Origin: Escherichia coli
GTDB taxonomy: Bacteria > Pseudomonadota > Gammaproteobacteria > Enterobacterales > Enterobacteriaceae
Assembly (NCBI RefSeq): GCF_044324875.1
Contig: NZ_CP172185.1
Strand: one strand, 5' to 3'
DNA length: 64,000 nt
Shown here piece after piece: positions 31,127 through 43,143 of this stretch (the stretch's first letter is position 1; each line of letters opens with the position of its first letter). The notes beneath the pieces were generated by a model that worked only from the letters and a program-made list of their open reading frames with translations, was not told the DNA's origin and made no database searches. Made by a program: the position numbers and the translations under genes.

Positions 31127-33106
31127 ATGAATCGTTTTATTATGGCCAACAGTCAGCAATGTCTGGGTTGTCATGCTTGTGAAATCGCCTGTGTCATGGC
31201 TCACAATGATGAACAACATGTCTTGAGCCAACACCATTTTCATCCCCGAATTACGGTTATCAAACATCAGCAGCAACGTAGTGCAGTGACCTGTCACCAT
31301 TGCGAAGATGCGCCCTGCGCCCGTAGCTGCCCTAATGGCGCAATCAGCCACGTTGATGACAGCATTCAGGTCAATCAGCAAAAGTGTATTGGCTGTAAAT
31401 CCTGCGTGGTGGCCTGTCCATTTGGTACGATGCAAATCGTCCTGACACCCGTCGCGGCGGGCAAAGTAAAAGCCACGGCGCATAAATGCGACCTTTGTGC
31501 AGGGCGCGAAAACGGTCCTGCCTGTGTCGAGAATTGCCCGGCGGACGCGCTGCAACTGGTCACTGACGCCGCACTCTCTGGCATGGCGAAATCCCGCCGC
31601 CTGCGCACCGCACGTCAGGAACATCAACCGTGGCATGCCAGTACCGCGGCACAAGAAATGCCGGTAATGAGTAAAGTGGAGCAAATGCAGGCAACGCCCG
31701 CGCGCGGTGAGCCGGATAAACTGGCGATTGAAGCGCGCAAAACCGGTTTTGATGAAATTTATCTGCCATACCGTGCCGATCAGGCACAACGGGAAGCCTC
31801 GCGCTGCCTTAAGTGCGGCGAGCACAGCGTTTGTGAATGGACCTGCCCGCTGCATAACCATATTCCGCAGTGGATTGAACTGGTGAAAGCCGGAAACATC
31901 GACGCCGCCGTCGAGCTTTCTCACCAGACCAACACCCTGCCGGAAATTACCGGACGCGTTTGTCCGCAAGACCGTTTGTGTGAAGGTGCCTGTACTATTC
32001 GCGATGAGCACGGCGCAGTAACTATCGGCAACATTGAACGCTACATTTCAGATCAGGCGTTGGCGAAAGGTTGGCGTCCTGACTTAAGCCATGTCACCAA
32101 AGTGGACAAGCGGGTGGCGATTATCGGTGCAGGTCCGGCAGGGCTGGCCTGTGCGGATGTTCTGACCCGCAATGGCGTGGTGGTGACGGTGTACGATCGC
32201 CATCCAGAAATCGGTGGCTTGCTCACTTTCGGCATTCCTTCTTTCAAACTGGATAAATCCCTGCTGGCACGCCGTCGGGAAATCTTCAGCGCGATGGGGA
32301 TTCACTTCGAACTCAATTGTGAAGTGGGTAAAGATGTCTCTTTGGATTCGCTTTTGGAACAATACGACGCGGTCTTCGTTGGCGTAGGCACTTACCGTTC
32401 CATGAAAGCGGGTTTACCCAATGAAGATGCGCCGGGCGTTTATGACGCCCTGCCGTTCCTCATCGCCAACACTAAACAGGTGATGGGACTCGAAGAGCTA
32501 CCGGAAGAGCCGTTTATCAATACCGCCGGACTCAACGTCGTGGTACTGGGCGGCGGCGACACCGCGATGGACTGTGTGCGTACCGCGCTGCGCCACGGCG
32601 CGAGTAACGTCACCTGCGCTTATCGTCGTGATGAAGCTAACATGCCAGGCTCGAAGAAAGAGGTGAAGAACGCCCGCGAAGAGGGGGCCAACTTTGAATT
32701 TAACGTCCAGCCGGTGGCGCTTGAGCTGAATGAGCAAGGTCACGTTTGCGGGATTCGTTTCCTGCGTACGCGTCTTGGCGAGCCGGATGCCCAGGGGCGT
32801 CGGCGTCCAGTACCGGTGGAAGGCAGTGAATTTGTCATGCCAGCCGACGCGGTGATTATGACGTTTGGCTTCAATCCGCACGGGATGCCGTGGCTGGAGT
32901 CGCACGGTGTAACGGTAGACAAATGGGGCCGCATCATCGCGGATGTGGAAAGCCAGTACCGTTACCAGACCACGAATCCGAAAATCTTCGCCGGTGGTGA
33001 CGCCGTGCGTGGTGCGGATCTGGTGGTTACCGCAATGGCAGAAGGACGTCATGCGGCACAGGGGATTATTGACTGGCTGGGGGTAAAATCAGTCAAATCT
33101 CACTGA
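31127..33106 (+). CDS. aegA: Putative Fe-S/FAD oxidoreductase AegA (anaerobically expressed)
   Basis: 659 aa; N-terminal multiple 4Fe-4S Cys motifs, C-terminal GltD-like Rossmann folds (IGAGPAGL, GGGDTAMDC). Confidence 0.93.
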   Translation: MNRFIMANSQQCLGCHACEIACVMAHNDEQHVLSQHHFHPRITVIKHQQQRSAVTCHHCEDAPCARSCPNGAISHVDDSIQVNQQKCIGCKSCVVACPFGTMQIVLTPVAAGKVKATAHKCDLCAGRENGPACVENCPADALQLVTDAALSGMAKSRRLRTARQEHQPWHASTAAQEMPVMSKVEQMQATPARGEPDKLAIEARKTGFDEIYLPYRADQAQREASRCLKCGEHSVCEWTCPLHNHIPQWIELVKAGNIDAAVELSHQTNTLPEITGRVCPQDRLCEGACTIRDEHGAVTIGNIERYISDQALAKGWRPDLSHVTKVDKRVAIIGAGPAGLACADVLTRNGVVVTVYDRHPEIGGLLTFGIPSFKLDKSLLARRREIFSAMGIHFELNCEVGKDVSLDSLLEQYDAVFVGVGTYRSMKAGLPNEDAPGVYDALPFLIANTKQVMGLEELPEEPFINTAGLNVVVLGGGDTAMDCVRTALRHGASNVTCAYRRDEANMPGSKKEVKNAREEGANFEFNVQPVALELNEQGHVCGIRFLRTRLGEPDAQGRRRPVPVEGSEFVMPADAVIMTFGFNPHGMPWLESHGVTVDKWGRIIADVESQYRYQTTNPKIFAGGDAVRGADLVVTAMAEGRHAAQGIIDWLGVKSVKSH

Positions 33107-33173
33107 TAGCCTGCGCAGACAAACCCGACTTCACAGCGTAAGATAATTGTTCATTTCGCGCTGTGGAGTCGGT

Positions 33174-33749
33174 ATGACGCAACAAATCACCCTCATTAAA
33201 GACAAAATTCTCTCCGATAACTATTTCACCCTGCACAACATTACTTACGATCTCACGCGCAAAGATGGCGAAGTTATCCGCCATAAACGTGAAGTTTACG
33301 ATCGCGGTAATGGTGCAACGATCCTCCTGTACAACGCGAAGAAAAAGACCGTGGTTCTGATTCGTCAGTTCCGCGTCGCTACCTGGGTTAATGGCAATGA
33401 AAGCGGGCAGCTGATCGAAACCTGCGCCGGGCTGCTGGATAACGACGAACCGGAAGTGTGCATTCGCAAAGAAGCGATTGAAGAGACGGGTTATGAAGTT
33501 GGCGAAGTGCGCAAATTATTTGAACTGTATATGTCGCCAGGCGGTGTGACTGAGCTAATCCACTTCTTTATCGCCGAATACAGTGACAGCCAGCGCGCTA
33601 ACGCCGGTGGTGGTGTCGAAGATGAAGATATTGAAGTGCTCGAGCTGCCGTTCAGCCAGGCGCTGGAGATGATCAAAACCGGCGAGATACGTGACGGTAA
33701 GACGGTGTTATTGCTTAACTATTTGCAAACGTCACATTTAATGGACTGA
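33174..33749 (+). CDS. nudK: GDP-mannose pyrophosphatase NudK (YffH), Nudix hydrolase
   Basis: 191 aa from ATG 33174 ([13 protein letters not shown]...); Nudix box [21 protein letters not shown]. Confidence 0.93.
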   Translation: MTQQITLIKDKILSDNYFTLHNITYDLTRKDGEVIRHKREVYDRGNGATILLYNAKKKTVVLIRQFRVATWVNGNESGQLIETCAGLLDNDEPEVCIRKEAIEETGYEVGEVRKLFELYMSPGGVTELIHFFIAEYSDSQRANAGGGVEDEDIEVLELPFSQALEMIKTGEIRDGKTVLLLNYLQTSHLMD

Positions 33750-33874
33750 AAAATAACAATAATATTTCGTTGTTTATTATTGGCTCAATCCGACAAATCC
33801 GATTGAGCCGCGCTACCTGCGCAACGAAGATACGACTTGTGCTGTTTGTTTGAACTTCTGGGGTCGTACCGTCC

Positions 33875-34918
33875 ATGCGCTATCGCATTTTCCTTCTCTT
33901 TTTTTTCGCTTTGTTGCCGACGTCTTTGGTGTGGGCGGCACCAGCGCAACGGGCGTTTTCCGACTGGCAGGTCACCTGTAATAATCAAAATTTTTGTGTG
34001 GCGCGCAATACGGGCGATCATAATGGACTGGTGATGACCCTGAGCCGCAGCGCTGGGGCGCATACCGATGCCGTTTTACGTATTGAGCGCGGCGGGTTGA
34101 AGTCGCCGGATGCGTCGGAAGGGGAGATAGCGCCACGGCTGCTGTTAGATGGTGAGCCGTTGGCATTAAGTGGTGACAAGTGGCGGATTTCACCATGGTT
34201 ATTAGTAACCGATGATACGGCAACCCTCACCGCGTTTTTGCAGATGATTCAGGAAGGGAAGGCAATCACCTTACGCGATGGCAATCAGACCATTTCTCTG
34301 AATGGCTTAAAAGCGGCGTTGTTGTTTATTGATGCTCAGCAAAAGCGCGTTGGCAGTGAAACCGCGTGGATAAAGAAAGGGGACGAACCGCCGCTCAGCG
34401 TACCGCCCGCGCCTGCGCTGAAAGAGGTCGCGGTGGTTAACCCAACGCCGACGCCACTCTCACTCGAAGAACGCAACGATTTGCTGGATTATGGAAACTG
34501 GCGGATGAATGGTCTGCGCTGCTCGCTTGATCCGTTACGTCGTGAGGTGAATGTCACTGCGCTGACCGATGATAAAGCACTGATGATGATTAGCTGTGAG
34601 GCAGGGGCCTATAACACCATTGATTTGGCATGGATTGTGTCGCGTAAAAAGCCGCTAGCCTCGCGCCCGGTACGGTTGCGTTTGCCGTTCAACAACGGTC
34701 AGGAGACGAATGAACTGGAACTGATGAACGCAACATTTGATGAGAAATCGCGTGAACTGGTGACCTTAGCGAAAGGGCGCGGATTAAGCGATTGTGGCAT
34801 TCAGGCGCGCTGGCGCTTTGACGGTCAGCGTTTTCGCCTGGTGCGTTACGCCGCAGAACCCACCTGCGATAACTGGCATGGGCCAGACGCCTGGCCCACG
34901 TTGTGGATCACCCGTTAA
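33875..34918 (+). CDS. ypfG: DUF1176 family protein YpfG (secreted, function unknown)
   Basis: 347 aa with N-terminal signal peptide MRYRIFLLFFFALLPTSLVWA. Confidence 0.9.
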   Translation: MRYRIFLLFFFALLPTSLVWAAPAQRAFSDWQVTCNNQNFCVARNTGDHNGLVMTLSRSAGAHTDAVLRIERGGLKSPDASEGEIAPRLLLDGEPLALSGDKWRISPWLLVTDDTATLTAFLQMIQEGKAITLRDGNQTISLNGLKAALLFIDAQQKRVGSETAWIKKGDEPPLSVPPAPALKEVAVVNPTPTPLSLEERNDLLDYGNWRMNGLRCSLDPLRREVNVTALTDDKALMMISCEAGAYNTIDLAWIVSRKKPLASRPVRLRLPFNNGQETNELELMNATFDEKSRELVTLAKGRGLSDCGIQARWRFDGQRFRLVRYAAEPTCDNWHGPDAWPTLWITR

Positions 34919-34947
34919 ACAAAATCGCAGATGAGGCCCTAAAAAGC

Positions 34948-34998
34948 GCACGGACCGTCCCCTCGCCCCTCTGGGAGAGGGTTAGGGTGAGGGGAACA
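34948..34998. repeat. GC-rich extragenic repeat, copy 1 (ypfG/tktB convergent gap)
   Basis: gcacggaccgtcccctcgcccctctgggagagggttagggtgaggggaaca; about 92% identical to the copy at 48326-48377. Confidence 0.7.
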
Positions 34999-35005
34999 TA
35001 CAGCA

Positions 35006-37009
35006 TCAGGCACCTTTCACTCCCAGCACCTTATGCGCTTTTGCCACAATATTCTCGGCGGTAAAGCCAAAGAACGGGAACAGCTTATCTGCCGGAGCAG
35101 ATTCCCCATAACCTGTCATCCCAACAATCGCCCCTTTCAAACCAACATACTTGTACCAGTAATCGGCGATGCCTGCTTCCACCGCCACGCGAGCCGCAAC
35201 GTTAGAAGGCAACACCGACTCCCGATATTCCTCATCCTGGGCGTCGAAAATATCGGTCGAAGGTAGGGAAACTACGCGTACATTACGACCTTCTCCCGCT
35301 AATTTCTCCGCCGCTTGCAGGGTGATTTCCATCTCTGAACCGGTGGCAATCAAAATAATATCTGGCTTGCCGCCGCTGTCTTTCAGCACATAACCACCAC
35401 GAGCAATCTCTTTAACCTGATCCGGCGTACGTTCCACCTGGGCCAGATTCTGCCTTGAGAGGATCAGTGCCGTCGGTCCGTTGTGGCGCTCAACCGCCAG
35501 CTTCCAGCCTACCGCTGCTTCCACCTGATCGCACGGTCGCCAGGTGCTGAAATTTGGCGTTAAGCGCAAACTGGCCAGTTGCTCAACAGCCTGGTGGGTC
35601 GGACCATCTTCCCCTAAGCCAATTGAGTCGTGGGTATAAACCATAATCTGCCGCGCTTTCATCAGTGCCGCCATCCGCGCGGCGTTACGGGCGTATTCAA
35701 CAAACATCAGGAACGTCGCGGTATACGGCACAAAGCCGCCGTGGTGCGCAATGCCGTTGGCGATAGCGGTCATGCCAAATTCACGCACCCCGTAGTGAAT
35801 GTAGTTGCCCGCCGGATCTTCCTTCAGCGAAACAGAACCTTTCCAGATGGTCAGGTTGCTGGGAGCCAGATCCGCCGAACCGCCGAGCAACTCCGGTAGC
35901 ATAGGCCCGTAAGCGTTAAGCGTATTTTGCGAAGCCTTACGGGTAGCGATTTTCGCCGGATTCGCCTGCAATTCATTGATATATTTCTGAGTCGTTTTCT
36001 CCCAGTCCTTCGGCAAACCGCCGCTCATCCGACGGGTAAACTCTTCTGCCAGTTGCGGATGGGCCTTTTTATAGGCGGCAAACTTCTCATTCCAGCTCTG
36101 CTGCGCTTTTTCGCCTTTTTCGCGGGCATCCCAGGCGTGATAAATCTCTTTAGGGATCTCAAATGGCGGATGGTGCCAGCCCAGTTTTTGCCGTGCCAGC
36201 GCCACTTCTTCTTCCCCCAGCGGTGCGCCGTGCGCCTCTTCCTTACCTGCTTTATTCGGCGAACCAAAGCCAATTACTGTGCGGCAGATAATCAGCGACG
36301 GCTTATCTTTCACGCTTTGCGCTTCAAGGATCGCTTTCTTCACCGCCTGCGGATCGTGACCGTCGATTTCATGGATCACATGCCAGTGATAGGCTTCAAA
36401 ACGTTTTGCTGTATCGTCGGTAAACCAGCCTTCGGTTTCACCGTCGATGGAAATACCGTTGTGATCGTAAAAACCAATCAGCTTGCCCAGTCCCAGCGTG
36501 CCCGCCAGCGAACAGACTTCGTGGGAAATACCTTCCATCAGGCAACCGTCGCCCATAAACACATAGGTGAAGTGATCGACAATTTCATGATCCGGCTGGT
36601 TAAACTGCGCCGCCAGTGTACGCTCTGCTATCGCCAGTCCGACGGCGTTCGCCAAACCTTGTCCAAGTGGACCGGTGGTGGTTTCAACACCTGGCGTATA
36701 GCCAATCTCCGGGTGACCTGGGGTTTTTGAATGCAACTGACGGAAGTTCTTCAGCTCTTCCAGCGGCAGGTCGTAACCGGTCAGATGTAGCAAACTGTAG
36801 AGCAGCATCGACGCGTGGCCGTTGGAAAGAATAAAGCGGTCGCGATCATACCAGGTTGGGTCGGTGGGGTTATGTTTAAGAAAATCGTTCCACAGCACTT
36901 CGGCAATATCAGCCATGCCCATCGGCGCGCCGGGATGACCAGAATTGGCTTTTTGTACCGCATCCATACTGAGTGCGCGAATCGCATTGGCAAGGTCTTT
37001 TCGGGACAT
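35006..37009 (-). CDS. tktB: Transketolase 2
   Basis: 667 aa from ATG 37009 ([27 protein letters not shown]...) with GGAG SD; track ORF is extended 21 codons. Confidence 0.96.
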   Translation of the reverse strand: MSRKDLANAIRALSMDAVQKANSGHPGAPMGMADIAEVLWNDFLKHNPTDPTWYDRDRFILSNGHASMLLYSLLHLTGYDLPLEELKNFRQLHSKTPGHPEIGYTPGVETTTGPLGQGLANAVGLAIAERTLAAQFNQPDHEIVDHFTYVFMGDGCLMEGISHEVCSLAGTLGLGKLIGFYDHNGISIDGETEGWFTDDTAKRFEAYHWHVIHEIDGHDPQAVKKAILEAQSVKDKPSLIICRTVIGFGSPNKAGKEEAHGAPLGEEEVALARQKLGWHHPPFEIPKEIYHAWDAREKGEKAQQSWNEKFAAYKKAHPQLAEEFTRRMSGGLPKDWEKTTQKYINELQANPAKIATRKASQNTLNAYGPMLPELLGGSADLAPSNLTIWKGSVSLKEDPAGNYIHYGVREFGMTAIANGIAHHGGFVPYTATFLMFVEYARNAARMAALMKARQIMVYTHDSIGLGEDGPTHQAVEQLASLRLTPNFSTWRPCDQVEAAVGWKLAVERHNGPTALILSRQNLAQVERTPDQVKEIARGGYVLKDSGGKPDIILIATGSEMEITLQAAEKLAGEGRNVRVVSLPSTDIFDAQDEEYRESVLPSNVAARVAVEAGIADYWYKYVGLKGAIVGMTGYGESAPADKLFPFFGFTAENIVAKAHKVLGVKGA

Positions 37010-37028
37010 ATAACACTCCGTGGCTGGT

Positions 37029-37979
37029 TTATAGTTTGGCGGCAAGAAGATCTTCCAGTTTGCGTTGATCAACGGCGAACAGACGAATGCCTTCAGACAG
37101 TTTTTCTACCGCCATCGCATCCTGATTGTGCTCCCAACGGAACTCCGCTTCGCTCATGGGAGCGGGGCGTGGGAACGTCTGAGAAGGTGGGATTAATTTA
37201 CGTACCACTGGCGAAACTTTTTCCTGCAGCTCCTTCAGCAAATTCGGTGCGATAGTCAGTCGATCGCAGCCGGTTAAGGCGAGGATTTGTTCGGTGCGAC
37301 GGAAGCTCGCGCCCATCACAATGGTTTCATAGCGGTGTTGCTTATAGTAGTCGTAGATATTGCGCACCGATTTAACGCCCGGATCTTCTTCCACCACATA
37401 CGGGTCCATCGGCTTGCGTGCCTGATACCAGTCATAAATACGCCCGACAAACGGCGAAATCAGAAAAACGCCTGCTTCTGCACAGGCCCGCGCCTGGGCA
37501 AAAGAAAACAGCAGCGTCAGGTTGCAGTTAATACCTTCTTTTTCCAGCTCTTCTGCCGCGCGAATTCCTTCCCAGGTCGAAGCCAGTTTGATCAGAATGC
37601 GTGATTTCTCAACGCCTTGTTGCTGATACAAGTCCACCAGATGGCGCGCCTTCTCAATACTCTTTTCTTTATCAAAAGAGAGGCGTGCATCAACTTCTGT
37701 TGACACGCGACCGGGTACGATTTTGAGAATTTCAGCACCGAAATTGACCGCCAGTTTGTCACACGCTGCGACCACCTGTTGTTCCTGGGTCTTGCCATTT
37801 TTTTTACCCCAGGCGATAGCATCGTCTATTAAATGCTCATATTGTGATAATCCGGCAGCCTTGAGTAACAGCGAAGGATTGGTGGTGGCATCCTGGGGAT
37901 GATAATGGCGAATGGACTCAATATCGCCGCTGTCTGCCACGACAGTGGTGAACTGTTTGATGCCGTCTAACTCGTTCAT
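37029..37979 (-). CDS. talA: Transaldolase A
   Basis: 316 aa; immediately upstream of tktB on the same strand (talA-tktB operon). Confidence 0.96.
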   Translation of the reverse strand: MNELDGIKQFTTVVADSGDIESIRHYHPQDATTNPSLLLKAAGLSQYEHLIDDAIAWGKKNGKTQEQQVVAACDKLAVNFGAEILKIVPGRVSTEVDARLSFDKEKSIEKARHLVDLYQQQGVEKSRILIKLASTWEGIRAAEELEKEGINCNLTLLFSFAQARACAEAGVFLISPFVGRIYDWYQARKPMDPYVVEEDPGVKSVRNIYDYYKQHRYETIVMGASFRRTEQILALTGCDRLTIAPNLLKELQEKVSPVVRKLIPPSQTFPRPAPMSEAEFRWEHNQDAMAVEKLSEGIRLFAVDQRKLEDLLAAKL

Positions 37980-38267
37980 AGGAAATACTCCTTGAAAAGT
38001 AAAGTGTTAGATGAGTGCGTTAATTCACACTTCTGAGAAATTTCGCTAAACGCATCAAAAAAGCATAGCAGACAGGCATGGTATTGCTGGATTAAGCAGG
38101 TAACATCAGTGTTATAGGATTATTACCAAAACATTATATTAATGGTGAGAGTTTGGACTTGCTCAAAGTCTGTAGACTCCGGCAGGGTAATAATGTGCGC
38201 CACGTTGTGGGCAGGGGCTGTTGCCCACACACTTTATTTGTGAACGTTACGTGAAAGGAACAACCAA

Positions 38268-40547
38268 ATGGATGACCAGTTAAAACAAAGTGCACTTGAT
38301 TTCCATGAATTTCCAGTTCCAGGGAAAATCCAGGTTTCTCCAACCAAGCCTCTGGCAACGCAGCGCGATCTGGCGCTGGCCTACTCACCAGGCGTTGCCG
38401 CACCTTGTCTTGAAATCGAAAAAGACCCGTTAAAAGCCTACAAATATACCGCGCGCGGTAACCTGGTGGCGGTGATCTCTAACGGTACGGCGGTGCTGGG
38501 GTTAGGCAACATTGGCGCGCTGGCGGGCAAACCGGTGATGGAAGGCAAGGGCGTTCTGTTTAAGAAATTCGCCGGGATTGATGTATTTGACATTGAAGTT
38601 GATGAACTCGACCCGGACAAATTTATTGAAGTCGTCGCCGCGCTTGAACCGACCTTCGGCGGCATCAACCTCGAAGACATTAAAGCGCCAGAATGTTTCT
38701 ATATTGAACAGAAACTGCGCGAGCGGATGAATATTCCGGTATTCCACGACGATCAGCACGGCACGGCAATCATCAGCACTGCCGCCATCCTCAACGGTTT
38801 GCGCGTGGTGGAGAAAAACATCTCCGACGTGCGGATGGTGGTTTCCGGCGCGGGTGCCGCAGCAATCGCCTGTATGAACCTGCTGGTAGCGCTGGGTCTG
38901 CAAAAACATAACATCGTGGTTTGCGACTCAAAAGGCGTTATCTATCAGGGCCGTGAGCCAAACATGGCGGAAACCAAAGCCGCATATGCGGTGGTGGATG
39001 ACGGCAAACGTACCCTCGATGATGTGATTGAAGGCGCGGATATTTTCCTGGGATGTTCCGGCCCGAAAGTGCTGACCCAGGAAATGGTGAAGAAAATGGC
39101 CCGTGCGCCAATGATCCTGGCGCTGGCGAACCCGGAACCGGAAATTCTGCCGCCGCTGGCGAAAGAAGTGCGTCCGGATGCCATCATCTGTACCGGCCGT
39201 TCCGACTACCCGAACCAGGTGAACAACGTTCTTTGCTTCCCGTTCATCTTCCGTGGCGCGCTGGACGTTGGCGCAACCGCCATCAACGAAGAGATGAAAC
39301 TGGCGGCGGTACGCGCGATTGCAGAACTGGCCCATGCGGAACAGAGCGAAGTGGTGGCTTCAGCGTATGGCGATCAGGATCTGAGCTTTGGTCCGGAATA
39401 CATCATTCCAAAACCGTTTGATCCGCGCTTGATCGTCAAGATCGCTCCTGCGGTGGCGAAAGCGGCGATGGAGTCGGGCGTGGCGACGCGTCCGATTGCT
39501 GATTTCGACGTCTACATCGACAAGCTGACGGAGTTCGTTTACAAAACCAACCTGTTTATGAAGCCGATTTTTTCCCAGGCTCGCAAAGCGCCGAAGCGCG
39601 TCGTTCTGCCGGAAGGTGAAGAGGCGCGCGTTCTGCATGCCACTCAGGAACTGGTAACGCTGGGGCTGGCGAAACCGATCCTTATCGGTCGTCCGAACGT
39701 GATCGAAATGCGCATTCAGAAACTGGGCTTGCAGATCAAAGCGGGTGTTGATTTTGAGATCGTCAATAACGAATCCGATCCGCGCTTTAAAGAGTACTGG
39801 ACTGAATACTTCCAGATCATGAAGCGTCGCGGTGTCACTCAGGAACAGGCGCAGCGTGCATTGATCAGTAACCCGACAGTGATCGGCGCAATCATGGTTC
39901 AGCGTGGCGAAGCCGATGCAATGATCTGCGGTACGGTGGGCGATTATCATGAACATTTTAGCGTGGTGAAAAATGTCTTTGGTTATCGCGATGGCGTTCA
40001 CACCGCAGGTGCCATGAACGCGCTGCTGCTGCCGAGTGGTAACACCTTTATTGCCGATACATACGTCAATGACGAACCAGACGCAGAAGAGCTGGCGGAG
40101 ATCACCTTGATGGCGGCAGAAACTGTTCGTCGTTTTGGTATTGAGCCGCGTGTGGCTCTGTTGTCGCACTCCAACTTTGGTTCTTCTGACTGCCCGTCGT
40201 CGAGCAAAATGCGTCAGGCGCTGGAACTGGTCAGGGAACGTGCACCAGAACTGATGATTGATGGTGAAATGCACGGCGATGCAGCGCTGGTGGAAGCGAT
40301 TCGCAATGACCGTATGCCGGACAGCCCTTTGAAAGGTTCCGCTAATATTCTGGTGATGCCGAACATGGAAGCTGCCCGCATTAGTTACAACTTATTGCGC
40401 GTTTCCAGCTCGGAAGGTGTGACTGTCGGCCCGGTGCTGATGGGTGTGGCGAAACCGGTTCACGTGTTAACGCCGATCGCATCGGTACGTCGTATCGTCA
40501 ACATGGTGGCGCTGGCTGTGGTTGAAGCGCAAACCCAACCGCTGTAA
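38268..40547 (+). CDS. maeB: NADP-dependent malic enzyme (malic enzyme domain fused to PTA-like domain)
   Basis: 759 aa, two-domain architecture. Confidence 0.96.
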   Translation: MDDQLKQSALDFHEFPVPGKIQVSPTKPLATQRDLALAYSPGVAAPCLEIEKDPLKAYKYTARGNLVAVISNGTAVLGLGNIGALAGKPVMEGKGVLFKKFAGIDVFDIEVDELDPDKFIEVVAALEPTFGGINLEDIKAPECFYIEQKLRERMNIPVFHDDQHGTAIISTAAILNGLRVVEKNISDVRMVVSGAGAAAIACMNLLVALGLQKHNIVVCDSKGVIYQGREPNMAETKAAYAVVDDGKRTLDDVIEGADIFLGCSGPKVLTQEMVKKMARAPMILALANPEPEILPPLAKEVRPDAIICTGRSDYPNQVNNVLCFPFIFRGALDVGATAINEEMKLAAVRAIAELAHAEQSEVVASAYGDQDLSFGPEYIIPKPFDPRLIVKIAPAVAKAAMESGVATRPIADFDVYIDKLTEFVYKTNLFMKPIFSQARKAPKRVVLPEGEEARVLHATQELVTLGLAKPILIGRPNVIEMRIQKLGLQIKAGVDFEIVNNESDPRFKEYWTEYFQIMKRRGVTQEQAQRALISNPTVIGAIMVQRGEADAMICGTVGDYHEHFSVVKNVFGYRDGVHTAGAMNALLLPSGNTFIADTYVNDEPDAEELAEITLMAAETVRRFGIEPRVALLSHSNFGSSDCPSSSKMRQALELVRERAPELMIDGEMHGDAALVEAIRNDRMPDSPLKGSANILVMPNMEAARISYNLLRVSSSEGVTVGPVLMGVAKPVHVLTPIASVRRIVNMVALAVVEAQTQPL

Positions 40548-40564
40548 TTCATTCTTAACTCTCA

Positions 40565-40597
40565 CGCTTACCCTGAATATTCAGGGTAAGCGGTTTT
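40565..40597 (+). terminator. Rho-independent terminator after maeB
   Basis: Perfect 12-bp stem cgcttaccctga/tcagggtaagcg, 4-nt loop, then GTTTTCC. Confidence 0.75.
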
Positions 40598-40839
40598 CCT
40601 GAAATATATTAGTAAAGCTTATTACTGAGTTTACGAATAATAAAAAAAGCAGTATATGAAATATCTCGATATTATTTTATTTATATTCATGCGTCGCATA
40701 TGAAAGTTTATTCATAACAGTAAATATCTCTCCATTCTTAGTGATCTACCTCACCTTTTAAACGCGCTTGCCGAATTTTGTTATTTACTCTGACGAAAAA
40801 TTGTCACGATACACGAAAGTTTTTCACAGGCGGCGACTC

Positions 40840-41175
40840 ATGGATAAAGAACGCATCATTCAGGAATTTGTGCCCGGCAAACAGGTCACGCTGGCGCATC
40901 TCATCGCGCATCCCGGCGAGGAACTGGCGAAGAAAATCGGCGTTCCTGATGCGGGCGCAATCGGCATTATGACGCTAACTCCTGGCGAAACGGCGATGAT
41001 CGCCGGTGATTTAGCATTGAAAGCCGCTGATGTGCATATCGGTTTTCTCGACCGCTTCAGCGGTGCATTGGTGATTTATGGCTCGGTGGGCGCAGTAGAA
41101 GAAGCATTATCACAAACCGTCAGCGGTTTAGGTCGCTTATTAAATTATACGCTTTGTGAAATGACCAAAAGTTAA
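40840..41175 (+). CDS. eutS: Ethanolamine utilisation microcompartment shell protein EutS (BMC domain)
   Basis: 111 aa from ATG 40840 ([23 protein letters not shown]...); track ORF is extended 24 codons into the promoter. Confidence 0.9.
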
Positions 41176-41187
41176 TACGAGGCATTC

Positions 41188-41667
41188 ATGAAACGAATTG
41201 CGTTTGTGGGTACCGTCGGGGCAGGAAAAACAACGTTATTTAATGCGTTGCAGGGGAATTATACCCTCGCCAGAAAAACACAGACCGTGGAATTTAATGA
41301 TAAGGGCGATATTGATACGCCGGGTGAATATTTTAGCCATCCCCGCTGGTATCACGCCTTAATTACCACGCTACAGGATGTGGACATGCTGATCTATGTC
41401 CATGGCGCAAATGACCCGGAAAGCCGATTGCCTGCCGGGTTGCTGGATATTGGCGTCAGCAAACGGCAAATCGCCATCATCAGTAAAACGGACATGCCGG
41501 ATGCTGACGTCGCCGCAACGCGAAAGTTATTGCTTGAGACGGGCTTCGAGGAGCCGATTTTCGAGCTAAACAGCCACGACCCGCAAAGCGTGCAGCAACT
41601 GGTGGATTATCTGGCATCTCTCACCAAACAGGAGGAAGCAGGTGAAAAAACTCATCACAGCGAATGA
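41188..41667 (+). CDS. eutP: Ethanolamine utilisation GTPase/acetate-kinase-like protein EutP
   Basis: 159 aa; Walker A GTVGAGKTT. Confidence 0.92.
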   Translation: MKRIAFVGTVGAGKTTLFNALQGNYTLARKTQTVEFNDKGDIDTPGEYFSHPRWYHALITTLQDVDMLIYVHGANDPESRLPAGLLDIGVSKRQIAIISKTDMPDADVAATRKLLLETGFEEPIFELNSHDPQSVQQLVDYLASLTKQEEAGEKTHHSE

Positions 41668-42343
41668 TATTCGTGAAGCACACGCGCGCGGCGAACAGGC
41701 AATGTCCGTGGTTCTGCGCGCCAGCATTATTACCCCGGAAGCCCGTGAAGTGGCAGATCTACTGGGTTTTACCATCACTGAATGTGATGAATCGACCCCG
41801 GTAACGGCGTCCGTTCCCGCCAGCGTGCCAGCCGATAAAACCGAAAGCCAGCGCATCCGCGAAACCATCATCGCCCAGCTACCGGAAGGCCAGTTTACCG
41901 AAAGCCTGGTCGCGCAGCTGATGGAAAAAGTGATGAAGGAAAAACAGTCACTGGAGCAGGGTGCAATGCAGCCGAGTTTCAAATCGGTTACCGGCAAAGG
42001 CGGCATCAAAGTTATTGATGGCAGCAGCGTCAAGTTTGGTCGTTTTGACGGCGCACAGCCACACTGCGTCGGATTAACGGATCTGGTCACCGGAGACGAC
42101 GGCAGCAGCATGGCCGCTGGTTTTATGCAGTGGGAGAACGCCTTCTTCCCGTGGACCCTGAACTATGACGAAATCGACATGGTACTGGAAGGGGAACTGC
42201 ACGTTCGCCACGAAGGCGAAACCATGATCGCCAAAGCAGGCGACGTGATGTTTATCCCGAAAGGCTCCAGCATCGAATTTGGTACGACATCCAGCGTGAA
42301 ATTCCTGTATGTCGCCTGGCCGGCTAACTGGCAATCCCTATGA
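41642..42343 (+). CDS. eutQ: Ethanolamine utilisation cupin-fold protein EutQ
   Basis: 233 aa; GTG start overlapping the eutP 3' end by 26 nt. Confidence 0.9.
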   Translation: MKKLITANDIREAHARGEQAMSVVLRASIITPEAREVADLLGFTITECDESTPVTASVPASVPADKTESQRIRETIIAQLPEGQFTESLVAQLMEKVMKEKQSLEQGAMQPSFKSVTGKGGIKVIDGSSVKFGRFDGAQPHCVGLTDLVTGDDGSSMAAGFMQWENAFFPWTLNYDEIDMVLEGELHVRHEGETMIAKAGDVMFIPKGSSIEFGTTSSVKFLYVAWPANWQSL

Positions 42344-43143
42344 AAGATTTCATCACCGAAGCATGGCTAAGAGCGAACCATACGCTCAGCGAAGGCGCAG
42401 AGATCCATCTCCCTGCGGACAGTCGCCTGACGCCCTCTGCCCGGGAGTTGCTGGAAAGCCGCCATCTGCGCATCAAGTTTATTGACGAGCAGGGCCGCCT
42501 GTTTGTTGACGATGAACAGCAGCAGCCGCAGCCCGTTCATGGGCTGACCAGTAGCGATGAACATCCGCAGGCGTGCTGCGAACTGTGCCGCCAGCCGGTA
42601 GCAAAAAAGCCGGATACGCTGACTCACCTGTCGGCGGAAAAAATGGTCGCCAAAAGCGATCCGCGCCTGGGTTTTCGCGCTGTTCTCGACAGCACCATTG
42701 CGCTGGCAGTGTGGCTGCAAATTGAACTGGCAGAACCGTGGCAGCCATGGCTGGCGGACATCCGCTCGCGTCTTGGCAACATTATGCGCGCCGATGCGCT
42801 CGGGGAACCGCTGGCCTACCAGGCGATTGTCGGGCTTTCTGACGAAGATCTGCATCGGCTTTCTCATCAGCCGCTGCGCTATCTCGACCACGATCATCTG
42901 GTGCCGGAAGCCAGCCACGGGCGCGATGCTGCGTTGCTCAATCTGCTACGCACCAAAGTGCGGGAAACCGAAACCGTAGCGGCGCAGGTGTTTATAACCC
43001 GCAGTTTTGAAGTATTACGCCCGGACATCTTGCAGGCGCTGAACCGCCTTTCGAGCACGGTCTACGTGATGATGATCCTGAGCGTAACGAAGCAGCCTCT
43101 AACGGTGAAGCAGATCCAACAACGACTGGGGGAAACGCAATGA
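42340..43143 (+). CDS. eutT: Ethanolamine utilisation cob(I)alamin adenosyltransferase EutT
   Basis: 267 aa; 4-nt overlap with eutQ stop. Confidence 0.92.
   Translation: MKDFITEAWLRANHTLSEGAEIHLPADSRLTPSARELLESRHLRIKFIDEQGRLFVDDEQQQPQPVHGLTSSDEHPQACCELCRQPVAKKPDTLTHLSAEKMVAKSDPRLGFRAVLDSTIALAVWLQIELAEPWQPWLADIRSRLGNIMRADALGEPLAYQAIVGLSDEDLHRLSHQPLRYLDHDHLVPEASHGRDAALLNLLRTKVRETETVAAQVFITRSFEVLRPDILQALNRLSSTVYVMMILSVTKQPLTVKQIQQRLGETQ

Noticed and set aside
31103-32011. 302-aa ORF antisense to aegA
   Set aside because: Shadow ORF opposite a confidently identified gene; low-complexity, Arg-rich translation; no ribosome-binding site.
35927-36730. 267-aa ORF antisense to tktB
   Set aside because: Shadow ORF within transketolase coding sequence; no independent start signals.
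39360-40274. 304-aa ORF antisense to maeB
   Set aside because: Shadow ORF; Arg/His-rich low-complexity translation.
40599-40839. Possible CRP site in the eutS promoter region (tgtcacgatacacgaaag)
   Set aside because: Only one half-site resembles the consensus and the spacing is ambiguous; not reportable without a position weight matrix score.
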